Assembly (NCBI GenBank): GCA_963644035.1
Contig: CAVIMN010000011.1
Coordinates: 22,387 to 86,386 of the forward strand
Origin: a bacterium
GTDB taxonomy: Bacteria; Bacteroidota; Bacteroidia; Bacteroidales; Bacteroidaceae
Reading direction: 5' to 3'
DNA length: 64,000 bases
The notes under the pieces are model-generated. The model did not search any database and was not told where the DNA came from. It saw nothing but the letters and a program-made list of their open reading frames with translations. Every line of letters begins with the position of its first letter. The first letter of the stretch is position 1. Below are positions 52,242 to 62,568 of this stretch, piece by piece. The position numbers and the translations under genes are program-made.

Positions 52242-52772
52242 TTATACTTTGAGAAGTGATGTTATTTCTGTTCCTTCCTCAAAGCAATCACGGCCGTTTA
52301 GTCCTTCATTCACTAGTTCTATTATGAAATTCATGTAGATTCCTTTCGGGTTGAATTTCTTTACTAGGTTATATGCCGCGCGCATAGTTCCGCCTGTAGC
52401 GAGCAAATCATCGTGAAGCAATACTACATCGTTTTCGTTTATCGCGTCTTTATGAATTTCAATCGTGTCTTTTCCGTATTCTTTCGTGTAGCTTTCCTGT
52501 ATGGTGGCTGCGGGAAGCTTACCGGGTTTCCTGCACAATACTACGCCAGCTCCCAGTCTGACCGCAAGTGCAGACGAAAGGACAAACCCTCGGCTTTCTA
52601 TGCCAACGATTTTTGTTATGCCTTTGTCTTTGTAGATTTCGTAAAGTTCGTCTACCATAATCTTTAGACATTCGGCATTTTTGAATAGGGTGGTGACATC
52701 TCTGAAGTTGATTCCCTTCTGTGGAAAGTCAGGAATGCATCTTAGATTTTCTAAGAGTTTTTCGTTGTTCAT
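52242..52772 (-). CDS. apt: Adenine phosphoribosyltransferase
   Basis: Motifs PDFPQKGINFRD, GIESRGF, RKPGKLP and DDLLATGGT. Confidence 0.95.
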   Translation of the reverse strand: MNNEKLLENLRCIPDFPQKGINFRDVTTLFKNAECLKIMVDELYEIYKDKGITKIVGIESRGFVLSSALAVRLGAGVVLCRKPGKLPAATIQESYTKEYGKDTIEIHKDAINENDVVLLHDDLLATGGTMRAAYNLVKKFNPKGIYMNFIIELVNEGLNGRDCFEEGTEITSLLKV

Positions 52773-53021
52773 TGTTTTATTGTTTTTGTATTCTTTCCTT
52801 TTATTTCTATCGGGCGCGCACCGCTCTTTTAGGATTTGTGCAGCATCCTTTTTGATTAGATTATTATGCTTTGTGAGAACCCCGTGGTATAACGATTAAA
52901 ACCCCGCTTGGTTCTTGTCTTATGCCCGTGGGGTTTTGCTAAAAAGCCCACGGGCAACGTTATGAAAAATAGTTTCACTGTTTTTCGTAACTTACTCATT
53001 GATAAAAACTTTTACCGGCTT

Positions 53022-53037
53022 TGTTTCACGTGAAACA
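53022..53037. promoter_or_regulatory. parS: parS site (perfect)
   Basis: TGTTTCACGTGAAACA palindrome immediately downstream of mnmG. Confidence 0.9.
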
Positions 53038-53044
53038 TTAAGCT

Positions 53045-54916
53045 TTATCTTCCCAAGAGCACGAGCATTACATTGATATCGCTTGGCGAAACTCCCGGTA
53101 TGCGGCTTGCTTGTGCTAGGGTTTCTGGGTTTATCTTTTCGAGCTTTTGGCGGGCTTCTGTGGAGAGCTGTTTTAGTTCGCTATAGTTGAAGCGGTTTTT
53201 TATTTTTATGTCCTCCAAACGATGCATCTTGTCTGCGATGATTCTTTCGCGTTCAATGTAGCCTTTGTATTTCATCTTTATCTCCGCAGCTTCGCTTATC
53301 TCTTCCTTTCGGTTAATAGGTGCGTTGAGGACGTCTTTTAGCGCGGGGACTATTTCTGAAAGATTCTTTAGGTTTATTTGTGGACGTGCGATGAGGTCCG
53401 ACAGTTTGCAGCCTTCGCGTAGGGGAGTAGTGCCTAATGCTTCAAGACTGCTGTTTACTTCTTTCGGCTTTACCGATGTCTTGTTGCAGAAATCAATGAT
53501 TCTTTCGATGGCACATTCTTTTTCTTTCCACCAGTTGAATCTCTCCGTTGTTGCCAAGCCTATTGCGTACGCTTTTTCTGTAAGCCTTGCGTCGGCATCG
53601 TCTTGGCGGAGGAGTATTCTATATTCGGCACGGCTTGTAAACATTCGGTAGGGTTCGTCAACACCTTTCGTTACGAGGTCATCGATAAGTACGCCAATAT
53701 AAGCCTCGTCGCGATGAAGAACGAACGGGTTGCCGCCAGCGCATTTTATAGCAGCATTGATTCCTGCCATCGTTCCCTGTCCGCCAGCCTCTTCGTATCC
53801 TGTCGTTCCGTTCACCTGTCCGGCAAAGAAAAGTCCGCTTATAACTTTCGACTCCAACGAATGGTATAGCTGTGTAGGGTCAAAGAAGTCGTATTCTATG
53901 GCATATCCTGGTCGGTATACTTTTACGTCGCGCAGGGCGGGTATCTTTCTTAGGGCCTCCAGCTGCACTTCCATAGGCATGCTCGAAGAGAAGCCGTTCA
54001 GATACATCTCGTTTGTCGTTTCTCCTTCCGGTTCGAGAAACAGCGGATGTTGCTCTTTGTCGGGGAAAGTTACCAGCTTTGTTTCAATTGACGGACAGTA
54101 GCGCGGTCCGATGCTCTGTATCTGTCCGTTGTAGAGAGGAGAGTCGGGCAGACCTTTCATGAGTGTCGCGTGGACGTCTTTATTTGTATAGCAAGTCCAG
54201 CATGGCAGTTGCTTCAAGATTTTGTGCTTACCCATGAAGCTGAACTGGTGGAAGTCGCTCTCGCCCTGTTGTATCTCCATGTCCTCAAAATGCACCGAAC
54301 GCATGTCTATGCGCACGGGCGTGCCGGTCTTCATCCTAGCCGAGCGTATTCCGTGGCGCGTAATGCTTTCTGTGAATCCTTCCACTGCGGGTTCAGCAAT
54401 GCGCCCGCCAGCCAATTTCTTGCGTCCGATGTGCATCAAACCGTTCAAGAATGTGCCTGTTGTAATAACCACGCACTTTGCACGCAGTTCAACGCCCCAT
54501 ACCGTTTTAACGCCCGCAGCCTCTCCGTTCTCAACGAGCAGTTCTGAGGCTTGGTCTTGCCAAATGTCGAGGTTTGGTGTGTTGTCCAAAACCGTGCGCC
54601 ACTGCCAAATGAATTTTCCACGGTCGCATTGCGCACGCGGACTCCATACCGCAGGACCCTTTGAGCGGTTTAACATCCTAAACTGTATGGCCGTTGCGTC
54701 GGTTATGCGTGCCATCTCTCCGCCCAGAGCGTCGATCTCGCGCACAATCTGCCCTTTTGCAATTCCGCCCACGGCGGGGTTGCAACTCATCTGGCCTATT
54801 TTGTTCATGTCCATCGTGACGAGGCAAGTTTGTGCGCCCACCCGTGCTGCTGCAACAGAAGCTTCGCATCCGGCATGCCCGCCGCCGATGACCAAAACGT
54901 CGTAGTGTAATGTCAT
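53045..54916 (-). CDS. mnmG: tRNA uridine-5-carboxymethylaminomethyl modification enzyme MnmG/GidA
   Basis: Motifs GGGHAG, SCNPAVGG, KTGTP, GPRYCPSIE and GQVNGTTGYEEA. Confidence 0.97.
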   Translation of the reverse strand: MTLHYDVLVIGGGHAGCEASVAAARVGAQTCLVTMDMNKIGQMSCNPAVGGIAKGQIVREIDALGGEMARITDATAIQFRMLNRSKGPAVWSPRAQCDRGKFIWQWRTVLDNTPNLDIWQDQASELLVENGEAAGVKTVWGVELRAKCVVITTGTFLNGLMHIGRKKLAGGRIAEPAVEGFTESITRHGIRSARMKTGTPVRIDMRSVHFEDMEIQQGESDFHQFSFMGKHKILKQLPCWTCYTNKDVHATLMKGLPDSPLYNGQIQSIGPRYCPSIETKLVTFPDKEQHPLFLEPEGETTNEMYLNGFSSSMPMEVQLEALRKIPALRDVKVYRPGYAIEYDFFDPTQLYHSLESKVISGLFFAGQVNGTTGYEEAGGQGTMAGINAAIKCAGGNPFVLHRDEAYIGVLIDDLVTKGVDEPYRMFTSRAEYRILLRQDDADARLTEKAYAIGLATTERFNWWKEKECAIERIIDFCNKTSVKPKEVNSSLEALGTTPLREGCKLSDLIARPQINLKNLSEIVPALKDVLNAPINRKEEISEAAEIKMKYKGYIERERIIADKMHRLEDIKIKNRFNYSELKQLSTEARQKLEKINPETLAQASRIPGVSPSDINVMLVLLGR

Positions 54917-55194
54917 TGAAATATAAAATAATCTGTTTTGTTACCTCCGTTTGGCAACGATAATCAAACGAGCGCAAATTTAAGAATTAAAAATGAAAAT
55001 TTATATAGAATTTTTGATTTATCGCTAATTTGGAGTATATTTGCAAGCAACTTACAGGCCTGACATACCTATTATAAAGTATTGCAGGCTTGTTTTACCT
55101 TTTTACGCCATGGAGTTGGCGGAAAAGACTATGGATAGCATTACCAATGAATATCAATTAATTAAAACTTTAATATTTAAATTTCATTCAATTT

Positions 55195-55875
55195 ATGTGG
55201 TTATGTAATTCATCTATTGGAAGGAAAGTCGTGATGTCAGTAACAGGCGTTGCGCTTATCCTGTTCTTGACGTTCCACATGTCAATGAACATTGCAGCCC
55301 TCTTCTCAGGAGAGGCCTACAACATGATTTGCGAGTTCCTAGGCGCAAACTGGTATGCACTAGTGGCAACTTGCGGTCTGGCAGCATTGGCTGTGATTCA
55401 CATCCTGTATGCTTTCTGGCTCACGATGCAGAACAGAAGAGCGCGCGGCGGCGAACGCTACGAAGTTACAACACGCCCTGCTGGCGTAGAGTGGGCTTCG
55501 CAGAACATGCTTGTCTTGGGTATCGTAATAGTACTCGGACTGTTGCTCCACCTTTTCAACTTCTGGTACAACATGATGTTCGCAGAGCTTACAGGCATCG
55601 CCGTAGCTCATGACCCTGCAGATGGTTTCGCATACATTCAGGACACGTTTGCTTGCCCTGTTTACGTTGTGCTTTACATCGTATGGCTCGTAGCTCTTTG
55701 GTTCCATCTTTCTCATGGCTTCTGGAGTGCAATGCACACTTTGGGATGGAACGGCAAGACATGGTACTGCCGTTGGAAGGTGATAGGAATAGTTTATTCC
55801 ACACTTCTATGCCTCGGTTTCCTCGTAGTAGTACTGGCGTTTGCGTTCGGTTGCGCACCAAGTGTCTGCTGCTAA
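55195..55875 (+). CDS. frdC: Fumarate reductase/succinate dehydrogenase cytochrome b subunit
   Basis: SSIGRKVVMSVTG start, five TM segments with His ligands; first gene of the frdCAB operon. Confidence 0.9.
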   Translation: MWLCNSSIGRKVVMSVTGVALILFLTFHMSMNIAALFSGEAYNMICEFLGANWYALVATCGLAALAVIHILYAFWLTMQNRRARGGERYEVTTRPAGVEWASQNMLVLGIVIVLGLLLHLFNFWYNMMFAELTGIAVAHDPADGFAYIQDTFACPVYVVLYIVWLVALWFHLSHGFWSAMHTLGWNGKTWYCRWKVIGIVYSTLLCLGFLVVVLAFAFGCAPSVCC

Positions 55876-55919
55876 AACATCATTATATATAATACATAAA
55901 ACATAATTCAAAGACGATT

Positions 55920-57902
55920 ATGGCTAAAACTATAGATTCAAGAATTCCAGAAGGCCCAGTGGCCGAGAAATGGACCAACTATAAAGCTCACCAGCGCCTG
56001 GTGAACCCGAAGAACAAACTGAAGCTCGATGTTATCGTTGTGGGTACGGGTCTTGCTGGAGCAAGTGCCGCAGCGAGTCTCGGAGAGATGGGATTCAACG
56101 TCCTCAACTTCTGTATACAGGATTCTCCACGTCGTGCTCACTCAATCGCAGCACAGGGTGGTATTAACGCAGCGAAAAACTATCAGAATGACGGCGACTC
56201 CATTTACCGCTTGTTCTATGACACTGTTAAAGGTGGCGACTACCGTGCACGCGAGGCTAATGTATATCGACTTGCAGAGGTTTCAAACAACATTATCGAC
56301 CAGTGTGTGGCACAAGGTGTGCCGTTCGCACGCGAATACGGCGGTATGCTTGCCAACCGTTCTTTCGGTGGAGCGCAGGTTTCACGTACGTTCTATGCAA
56401 AAGGTCAAACCGGACAGCAGCTTCTGCTAGGGGCATACTCTTCGCTCAGCGCACAGGTTCATGCAGGAAGCGTGAAGCTATATACACGTTACGAGATGGA
56501 AGATGTTGTGCTTGTTGACGGACGTGCACGCGGTATCATAGCAAAGAACCTTGTTACCGGCAAGTTGGAGCGCTTCTCTGCCAATGCTGTGGTAATAGCT
56601 ACCGGCGGATACGGAAACACTTACTTCCTTTCTACCAACGCAATGGGATGCAACTGTACGGCTGCCATGCAGTGTTATCGTAAGGGTGCTTACTTCGCTA
56701 ACCCTTCATACGTGCAGATTCACCCAACATGTATCCCTGTTCATGGCGACAAGCAGTCGAAACTCACACTTATGTCTGAGTCTCTGCGTAACGATGGCCG
56801 TATCTGGGTGCCAAAGAAACTTGAGGATGCTAAAGCTCTTCAGGCAGGAACAAAGAAAGGTTCTGATATTCCTGAGGAAGACCGCGACTACTATTTGGAG
56901 CGTCGCTACCCCGCTTTCGGAAACCTCGTTCCGCGTGACGTTGCTTCGCGTGCAGCAAAAGAGCGTTGCGACAAGGGCTATGGTGTTAACAACACTGGTC
57001 TTGCCGTATTCCTTGACTTCTCTGAGAGCATTGAACGCCTCGGGCTTGATGTTGTCCGTCAGCGTTATGGCAACCTCTTTGACATGTATGAGGAAATCAC
57101 TGACGTTAATCCAGGAGAACTTGCCAACGAGATTAACGGCGTGAAATACTACAACCCAATGATGATTTATCCTGCTATCCACTATACTATGGGAGGTATT
57201 TGGGTTGACTACGAGCTTATGACTTCTGTAACCGGTCTGTTTGCTATCGGAGAATGTAACTTCTCTGACCACGGAGCAAACCGTTTGGGTGCTTCTGCAC
57301 TTATGCAAGGCTTGGCAGACGGATACTTCGTTCTTCCTTATACTATACAGAACTATCTCGCAGATCAGGCAATTTGGCCACGTCTGTCTACTGATATGCC
57401 TGAGTTTGAAGAGGCAGAAAAGGGTGTACAGGCGGAAATCGACAGACTTATGGGCATCCACGGCAAGCGTTCCGTAGACTCTATACACAAGGAACTTGGC
57501 CATATAATGTGGGAACATGTAGGTATGGGACGTACGGCAGAAGGTCTGAAGGAAGGTCTTGAGCAGATAAAGAAGATCCGCAAGGAATTCAATACAAACC
57601 TCTTTATTCCTGGAACAAAGGAAGGCTTGAACGTAGAACTTGACAAGGCTATCCATCTGCGCGACTTTATCATAATGGGCGAGCTTATCGCTTATGATGC
57701 TCTGTCACGCAACGAGTCGTGTGGTGGACACTTCCGCGAGGAATATCAGACTGAGGAAGGCGAAGCAAAGCGCGACGACGAGAACTTCTTCTATGTTGGC
57801 TGCTGGGAATACCAAGGCAACGACGAAGCTGCTCCTGAGCTCCTCAAAGAACCGCTCAACTACGAGATTATCAAGGTACAAACACGTAACTACAAGAACT
57901 AA
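55920..57902 (+). CDS. frdA: Fumarate reductase/succinate dehydrogenase flavoprotein subunit
   Basis: Motifs [28 protein letters not shown] and HGANRLG. Confidence 0.95.
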   Translation: MAKTIDSRIPEGPVAEKWTNYKAHQRLVNPKNKLKLDVIVVGTGLAGASAAASLGEMGFNVLNFCIQDSPRRAHSIAAQGGINAAKNYQNDGDSIYRLFYDTVKGGDYRAREANVYRLAEVSNNIIDQCVAQGVPFAREYGGMLANRSFGGAQVSRTFYAKGQTGQQLLLGAYSSLSAQVHAGSVKLYTRYEMEDVVLVDGRARGIIAKNLVTGKLERFSANAVVIATGGYGNTYFLSTNAMGCNCTAAMQCYRKGAYFANPSYVQIHPTCIPVHGDKQSKLTLMSESLRNDGRIWVPKKLEDAKALQAGTKKGSDIPEEDRDYYLERRYPAFGNLVPRDVASRAAKERCDKGYGVNNTGLAVFLDFSESIERLGLDVVRQRYGNLFDMYEEITDVNPGELANEINGVKYYNPMMIYPAIHYTMGGIWVDYELMTSVTGLFAIGECNFSDHGANRLGASALMQGLADGYFVLPYTIQNYLADQAIWPRLSTDMPEFEEAEKGVQAEIDRLMGIHGKRSVDSIHKELGHIMWEHVGMGRTAEGLKEGLEQIKKIRKEFNTNLFIPGTKEGLNVELDKAIHLRDFIIMGELIAYDALSRNESCGGHFREEYQTEEGEAKRDDENFFYVGCWEYQGNDEAAPELLKEPLNYEIIKVQTRNYKN

Positions 57903-57949
57903 AAATCGTAGTCGGATTTATCAAACCAATATTTTAAAAGGAAAAAACA

Positions 57950-58705
57950 ATGGACAATAATATTAGTTTCACACTGAAATTCTGGCGTCAGAACGGTCCT
58001 CAGGCTGAGGGACATTTTGACACCCGTGAGATGAAAGACATCCCAACCGACACTTCGTTCCTTGAAATGCTCGACATCCTTAACGAACAGCTCATCGAAG
58101 AAGGACAGGAGCCTTTCGTATTCGACCACGACTGCCGTGAGGGTATCTGCGGAATGTGTTCACTCTATGTGAACGGACATCCACATGGCCCTAACACTGG
58201 TGCTACTACATGCCAGCTTTATATGCGTAAGTTTAAGGATGGTGATGTTATTACTGTTGAGCCTTGGCGCTCTGCCGCTTTCCCAATCATTAAGGACTGT
58301 ATGGTTGACCGCGGTGCTTTCGACAAGATTATGCAGGCTGGAGGCTATGTGAGCGTTCGCACAGGACAGGCTCAGGATGCCAATGCAATCCTTATTCCAA
58401 AGGAAGCTGCCGACGAAGCTATGGACTGCGCTACGTGCATTGGTTGTGGTGCATGTGTTGCAGCTTGTAAAAACGGCTCTGCAATGCTTTTCGTAAGCTC
58501 TAAGGTAAGTCAGTTCGCCCTGCTGCCACAAGGCCGTCCAGAGGCTGCAAAACGCGCAAAGGCGATGATTATGAAAATGGAAGAGCTTGGCTTCGGAAAC
58601 TGTACTAACACTCGTGCCTGTGAGGCAGAATGTCCGAAACATGAGTCTATCGCCAACATAGCACGCCTGAACCGCGAGTTCATCAAGGCTAAATTGGCAG
58701 ACTAA
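57950..58705 (+). CDS. frdB: Fumarate reductase/succinate dehydrogenase Fe-S subunit
   Basis: Cys motifs CREGICGMC, CIGCGACVAAC and CTNTRACEAECP. Confidence 0.95.
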   Translation: MDNNISFTLKFWRQNGPQAEGHFDTREMKDIPTDTSFLEMLDILNEQLIEEGQEPFVFDHDCREGICGMCSLYVNGHPHGPNTGATTCQLYMRKFKDGDVITVEPWRSAAFPIIKDCMVDRGAFDKIMQAGGYVSVRTGQAQDANAILIPKEAADEAMDCATCIGCGACVAACKNGSAMLFVSSKVSQFALLPQGRPEAAKRAKAMIMKMEELGFGNCTNTRACEAECPKHESIANIARLNREFIKAKLAD

Positions 58706-58732
58706 GATAGCATATAAGATAAAACTTTAATA

Positions 58733-58780
58733 AAATCGGGGTTATTGCGGATGTAAAACGCAATAGCCCCGATTTGTTTT
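58733..58780 (+). terminator. Intrinsic terminator after frdB
   Basis: AAATCGGGGTTATTGCG...CGCAATAGCCCCGATTT followed by GTTTT. Confidence 0.8.
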
Positions 58781-58882
58781 ATAATGTGTTGTCTATCAAT
58801 GCACTGTGCGGTTACGATAAGAACAAAGTGTGGGCATGACGAAGAAAAGGAAGTAAATGATTTGTTAATAGTAGGGGGCTTC

Positions 58883-58917
58883 TTCAAACTTTCCACAATT
58901 TCGCACCTTATTTTTGC
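58883..58917 (+). promoter_or_regulatory. Putative response-regulator direct-repeat box plus -7 element
   Basis: TTCAAACTTTCCACAATTTC...TATTTTTGC; aligns without gaps to 61140-61174. Confidence 0.55.
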
Positions 58918-58942
58918 GTTATATTCATAAAATGCAAAGATT

Positions 58943-59359
58943 ATGTGGAAGTATTACGCATTGCTTTCGGCCTTTTTTGCCGCCCTTACGGCAATATTCG
59001 CTAAGATTGGGGTGAAAGACACCAATTCTGACCTTGCAACGGCTATCCGTACCACCATTATCCTTTTCATAACATGGGGCATAGCCTTGGCGGGCAGTCA
59101 TACGAGTGAGGTGAAGTACATATCAAGTCACACGTGGCTGTTTCTGCTTCTGTCGGGAGCGGCAACGGGACTGTCGTGGTTATTCTATTTCAAGGCGCTG
59201 CAGATAGGCGACGTATCACGTGTGGCACCTGTCGACAAGTTGAGCGTTGTGTTCACCATCTGCCTATCGTTTCTTTTTCTAAAAGAGCCAATCAATGCAA
59301 AAGTCATTGTCGGGGCTTTACTTATAACGGCAGGCAGTATCGTTATGCTCTATAAATAA
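58943..59359 (+). CDS. EamA/DMT family small transporter
   Basis: Motifs FAALTAIFAKIG, LFYFKALQ and VAPVDKLSVV. Confidence 0.9.
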   Translation: MWKYYALLSAFFAALTAIFAKIGVKDTNSDLATAIRTTIILFITWGIALAGSHTSEVKYISSHTWLFLLLSGAATGLSWLFYFKALQIGDVSRVAPVDKLSVVFTICLSFLFLKEPINAKVIVGALLITAGSIVMLYK

Positions 59360-59375
59360 AGATGGAGGCTAAAAG

Positions 59376-60053
59376 ATGAAAATACTGATAATAGAAGATG
59401 AACGCAAGCTCTCGGATAGTATTGTGAGTTATCTGAGCGGCGAGAAATACTTGTGTGAGCAAGCTTTCTCTTTTGACGAGGCGCGCATGAAGGTGAATGT
59501 GTATGACTACGACTGTGTGTTGCTCGACCTGATGTTGCCGGGAGGCAACGGGCTTGACATCCTGCGCGACATACGCAAGCGGCGCAATCCCGTTGGTGTT
59601 ATTATCGTGTCGGCAAAGGACTCTATTGACGACAAGGTGAAGGGACTGCAAATCGGAGCGGACGACTATCTAGCCAAACCATTTCATCTAGCCGAACTGA
59701 GCATGCGGATATATGCCGTAATCAGGCGGAGAGACTTCTCAGCAAACAATTTTATAGAAAGCAATGGCATAAGAATAAATCTGCTAAACAAGTCGGTTGT
59801 GGTGGGCGATGTGCCTGTGGTGCTTACAAAGTCAGAATACGAGCTGTTGGTTTTCTTCATTGGCAACCATGGACGCGTGGTGTCTAAAAGTGCTTTGGCG
59901 GAGCATCTTAGCGGAGAGATGGCAGACATGATGGACAACCACGACTTTGTTTATACGCACATCAAGAACCTTAAGGCAAAGTTAGGAGCGGCAGGATGCA
60001 ACGACTGCATACGCAATGTGTATGGCATGGGCTATAAATGGCAAGAAGAATGA
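59376..60053 (+). CDS. OmpR-family response regulator
   Basis: Receiver domain (IEDE, LDLMLP, GADDYLAKPF) plus winged helix (HIKNLKAKL, VYGMGY). Confidence 0.93.
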   Translation: MKILIIEDERKLSDSIVSYLSGEKYLCEQAFSFDEARMKVNVYDYDCVLLDLMLPGGNGLDILRDIRKRRNPVGVIIVSAKDSIDDKVKGLQIGADDYLAKPFHLAELSMRIYAVIRRRDFSANNFIESNGIRINLLNKSVVVGDVPVVLTKSEYELLVFFIGNHGRVVSKSALAEHLSGEMADMMDNHDFVYTHIKNLKAKLGAAGCNDCIRNVYGMGYKWQEE

Positions 60054-61135
60054 GGGCAGAAACAAACAATAACGAAAAGCGGAAGCAATGCAGTCTCTTG
60101 CGCAAGTCAATGACACAGTTCGTCGTCTGTGTTGCAGTCTTGTTCATTCTCGCCATGCCTTTGTTCTATTGGCTCACCAAGAACTATTACGCAGAGGATA
60201 TGGAAGACCTTGTTACTGCCGTTCAAGCAGGGCAGGGTATACCTATACCCGACTTGGAAAGAGATATCATGGTAGGCGTAATGATTCAATATGTGCTTAT
60301 CACGGCTATGCTAGGCATTGGCGTGGTGCTAACCATGCGCTTCATTTCGCGTAAGCTATGGTCTCCTTTCGACAAGACATTGAACGAATTAGAGACGTTT
60401 AGCCTTGAAAAGGGGCTTATCCCCACGTTGCCAACAAGCGATGTGAGGGAGTTTAACCGTCTTAACGATTCACTGTATCAGCTCATGCACAAGAGTCTTG
60501 ACAGCTATAGGGCGCAGAAGGAATTTACGGAGAATGCCTCTCACGAGCTACAAACTCCTCTTGCCATATTCCAAAGCAAACTCGACATACTATTGCAGCA
60601 GCAGGGGCTGACGGAGAACCAAGCGGAAATAATACAAGACCTCTACCAGATGACAGCGCGCCTTTCGCGTCTCAATCGCAACTTACTGCTTTTGGCAAAG
60701 ATAGACAACGCGCAGTTTGATAAATCAGAAAGCATTAGCCTGAAAACATTCATAGAGGAGATTCTCCCCTTTCTCGAAAGCATTGCCGATGGATTACACA
60801 TTATAAAAGATTTTCAACAGGAGATATTGGTAACGGCAAACCGTTCGTTGCTTGAGAGTATGCTCAACAATCTTGTGGTCAATGCCGTGCGGCACAACCA
60901 TGCAGGCGGTTGCATCACCCTATCCGTCAAGGAAGGATGCCTATCCGTATCAAACACCTCAGACGAGCCGCCCCTTGATGCTACACACATATTCAACCGC
61001 TTCTACCGTCCGAAACAAAACAAACAGGGAAACGGTTTAGGGCTTTCCATCGTGAAAGCAGTGTGCGATTATCACGGATGGACAGTAGCATACGCATATA
61101 CGGAAGGGAATCATACTTTTACCGTGACGTTTTGA
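60050..61135 (+). CDS. Sensor histidine kinase
   Basis: Two TM segments, H-box SHELQTP, N-box NLVVNA and G-box GNGLGLSI; ATGA overlap with the regulator stop. Confidence 0.92.
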   Translation: MRAETNNNEKRKQCSLLRKSMTQFVVCVAVLFILAMPLFYWLTKNYYAEDMEDLVTAVQAGQGIPIPDLERDIMVGVMIQYVLITAMLGIGVVLTMRFISRKLWSPFDKTLNELETFSLEKGLIPTLPTSDVREFNRLNDSLYQLMHKSLDSYRAQKEFTENASHELQTPLAIFQSKLDILLQQQGLTENQAEIIQDLYQMTARLSRLNRNLLLLAKIDNAQFDKSESISLKTFIEEILPFLESIADGLHIIKDFQQEILVTANRSLLESMLNNLVVNAVRHNHAGGCITLSVKEGCLSVSNTSDEPPLDATHIFNRFYRPKQNKQGNGLGLSIVKAVCDYHGWTVAYAYTEGNHTFTVTF

Positions 61136-61139
61136 AAAC

Positions 61140-61174
61140 TACAAATTTTCGACAAATTCTACCAGTACCTTTGC
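61140..61174 (+). promoter_or_regulatory. Putative response-regulator direct-repeat box plus -7 element
   Basis: ACAAATT-ttcg-ACAAATT followed by TACCTTTGC. Confidence 0.6.
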
Positions 61175-61202
61175 CATATGATATTTCAGCAATAGAGGTA
61201 GA

Positions 61203-62474
61203 ATGATTGTATACGATAAAATTTTGATGGTGCTTGCCGCATTCTTCTTTAGTGCAAGTGCTTTATGCGCCACAACAAGTGGCGATTCTCTCTGCACGCC
61301 ACTGCCAACAGACACAATTATGGGGCATTATCCGATATCCGGCAAGCGGGCAGACAAATGGAACTCTGCCAAAGTCTATAGGGTGGCAGGCGTAGGAGTT
61401 CCTCTTGTCATAGGCGGACTTATTGCGAAGAGCGAGGATGACCATTTCCGAAGCTTGAGGAACGACTACTTGCCCCGATTCCGCAATCATGCAGACGATT
61501 ATCTGCAATTTGCCCCAGCCGCCGTACTGTTGGGACTAAAGGCGGCAGGAGTGGAAGGGCGTAGTTCTTGGGGGAGAATGGTTGTGTCTGATGCTTTTTC
61601 TGCAGTTGTTATGGCAACAGTGGTAAACACCTTGAAACAAACAACCAATGTGACGCGTCCTGATGGTTCAAACAATCATTCTTTTCCTTCTGGTCATACG
61701 GCTACCGCATTCATGACGGCAACGATGTTGACAAAAGAATATGGGCACAAGAGTCCGTGGATAGGGATAGGTGCATACACGGCAGCAACGGCTACAGGAC
61801 TTATGCGAATGGCAAACAACAAGCATTGGCTGAGTGATGTTCTGACAGGTGCCGGCATAGGCATCCTTTCCACGGAAATAGGATATTTTATCGGTGATTT
61901 GATATTTAAGGGCAAAGGCATTTATGCTCCCGATGCATCACCAAGTATCAGTATGGAAAGCAAGCCGTCATTTCTCAGCCTGTATGTCGGAATGAATGTC
62001 CCCTTGAGTCAATATGACATTGATGAGAGTACTACATTCAGAACCTCTTCCGGTTCATCCGCAGGCGTGGAAGGTGCTTATTTCTTTAATAGGCATATTG
62101 GTGTTGGAGGCCGCTTTACGGTATCCAACACGGCACTGATAACCAACGGCAATCACGCAGAAGACAACACGTTTGACGCAGTTTCATTATGTGGAGGCAG
62201 TTATTTCTCGTTGCCATTATCTCAACGATGGATGATAGGCAGTAAGTTGCTTTGTGGATGGGTGCATTATCCACAACTAAACCTTAGCACAATAAGTGTG
62301 GCTGCTCGAGATGGAGTTTGTTTCGGAAGCGGTTTGTCCACCACATTCAGGGTTCATGAAAGATATGGCCTCCGGTTTTTTGTTGACTATAATTTGTTGC
62401 CGTCACACAACAAGGCAAATGCAGAGTGGATGAATATGATTGTTTACGGTATATCATTCTCGATTATGTGGTGA
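61203..62474 (+). CDS. PAP2-family phosphatase fused to a C-terminal beta-strand-rich (OMP-like) domain
   Basis: Signal-like N-terminus; K..RPD, SFPSGH and R..HWLSDV motifs; amphipathic C-terminal strands ending in W. Confidence 0.8.
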   Translation: MIVYDKILMVLAAFFFSASALCATTSGDSLCTPLPTDTIMGHYPISGKRADKWNSAKVYRVAGVGVPLVIGGLIAKSEDDHFRSLRNDYLPRFRNHADDYLQFAPAAVLLGLKAAGVEGRSSWGRMVVSDAFSAVVMATVVNTLKQTTNVTRPDGSNNHSFPSGHTATAFMTATMLTKEYGHKSPWIGIGAYTAATATGLMRMANNKHWLSDVLTGAGIGILSTEIGYFIGDLIFKGKGIYAPDASPSISMESKPSFLSLYVGMNVPLSQYDIDESTTFRTSSGSSAGVEGAYFFNRHIGVGGRFTVSNTALITNGNHAEDNTFDAVSLCGGSYFSLPLSQRWMIGSKLLCGWVHYPQLNLSTISVAARDGVCFGSGLSTTFRVHERYGLRFFVDYNLLPSHNKANAEWMNMIVYGISFSIMW

Positions 62475-62568
62475 TCTGATATTTTCCCGTTGGCGATAAA
62501 ACGGTATTCATTATTTTTCAGCGATGCTTTTCACTGAAAAGGTTGCGGCAAGGACTATGGATTTATCT

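Noticed and set aside
52923..52991. Two hairpins between apt and mnmG as a ncRNA or mobile-element end
   Set aside because: Adequately explained as terminator or mRNA-stability stems downstream of mnmG; no further support.
56706..57656. 316-aa antisense ORF opposite frdA, and similar long antisense ORFs opposite mnmG, uvrC, mutS and polA
   Set aside because: Shadow frames arising from codon bias in conserved genes; no recognisable motifs.
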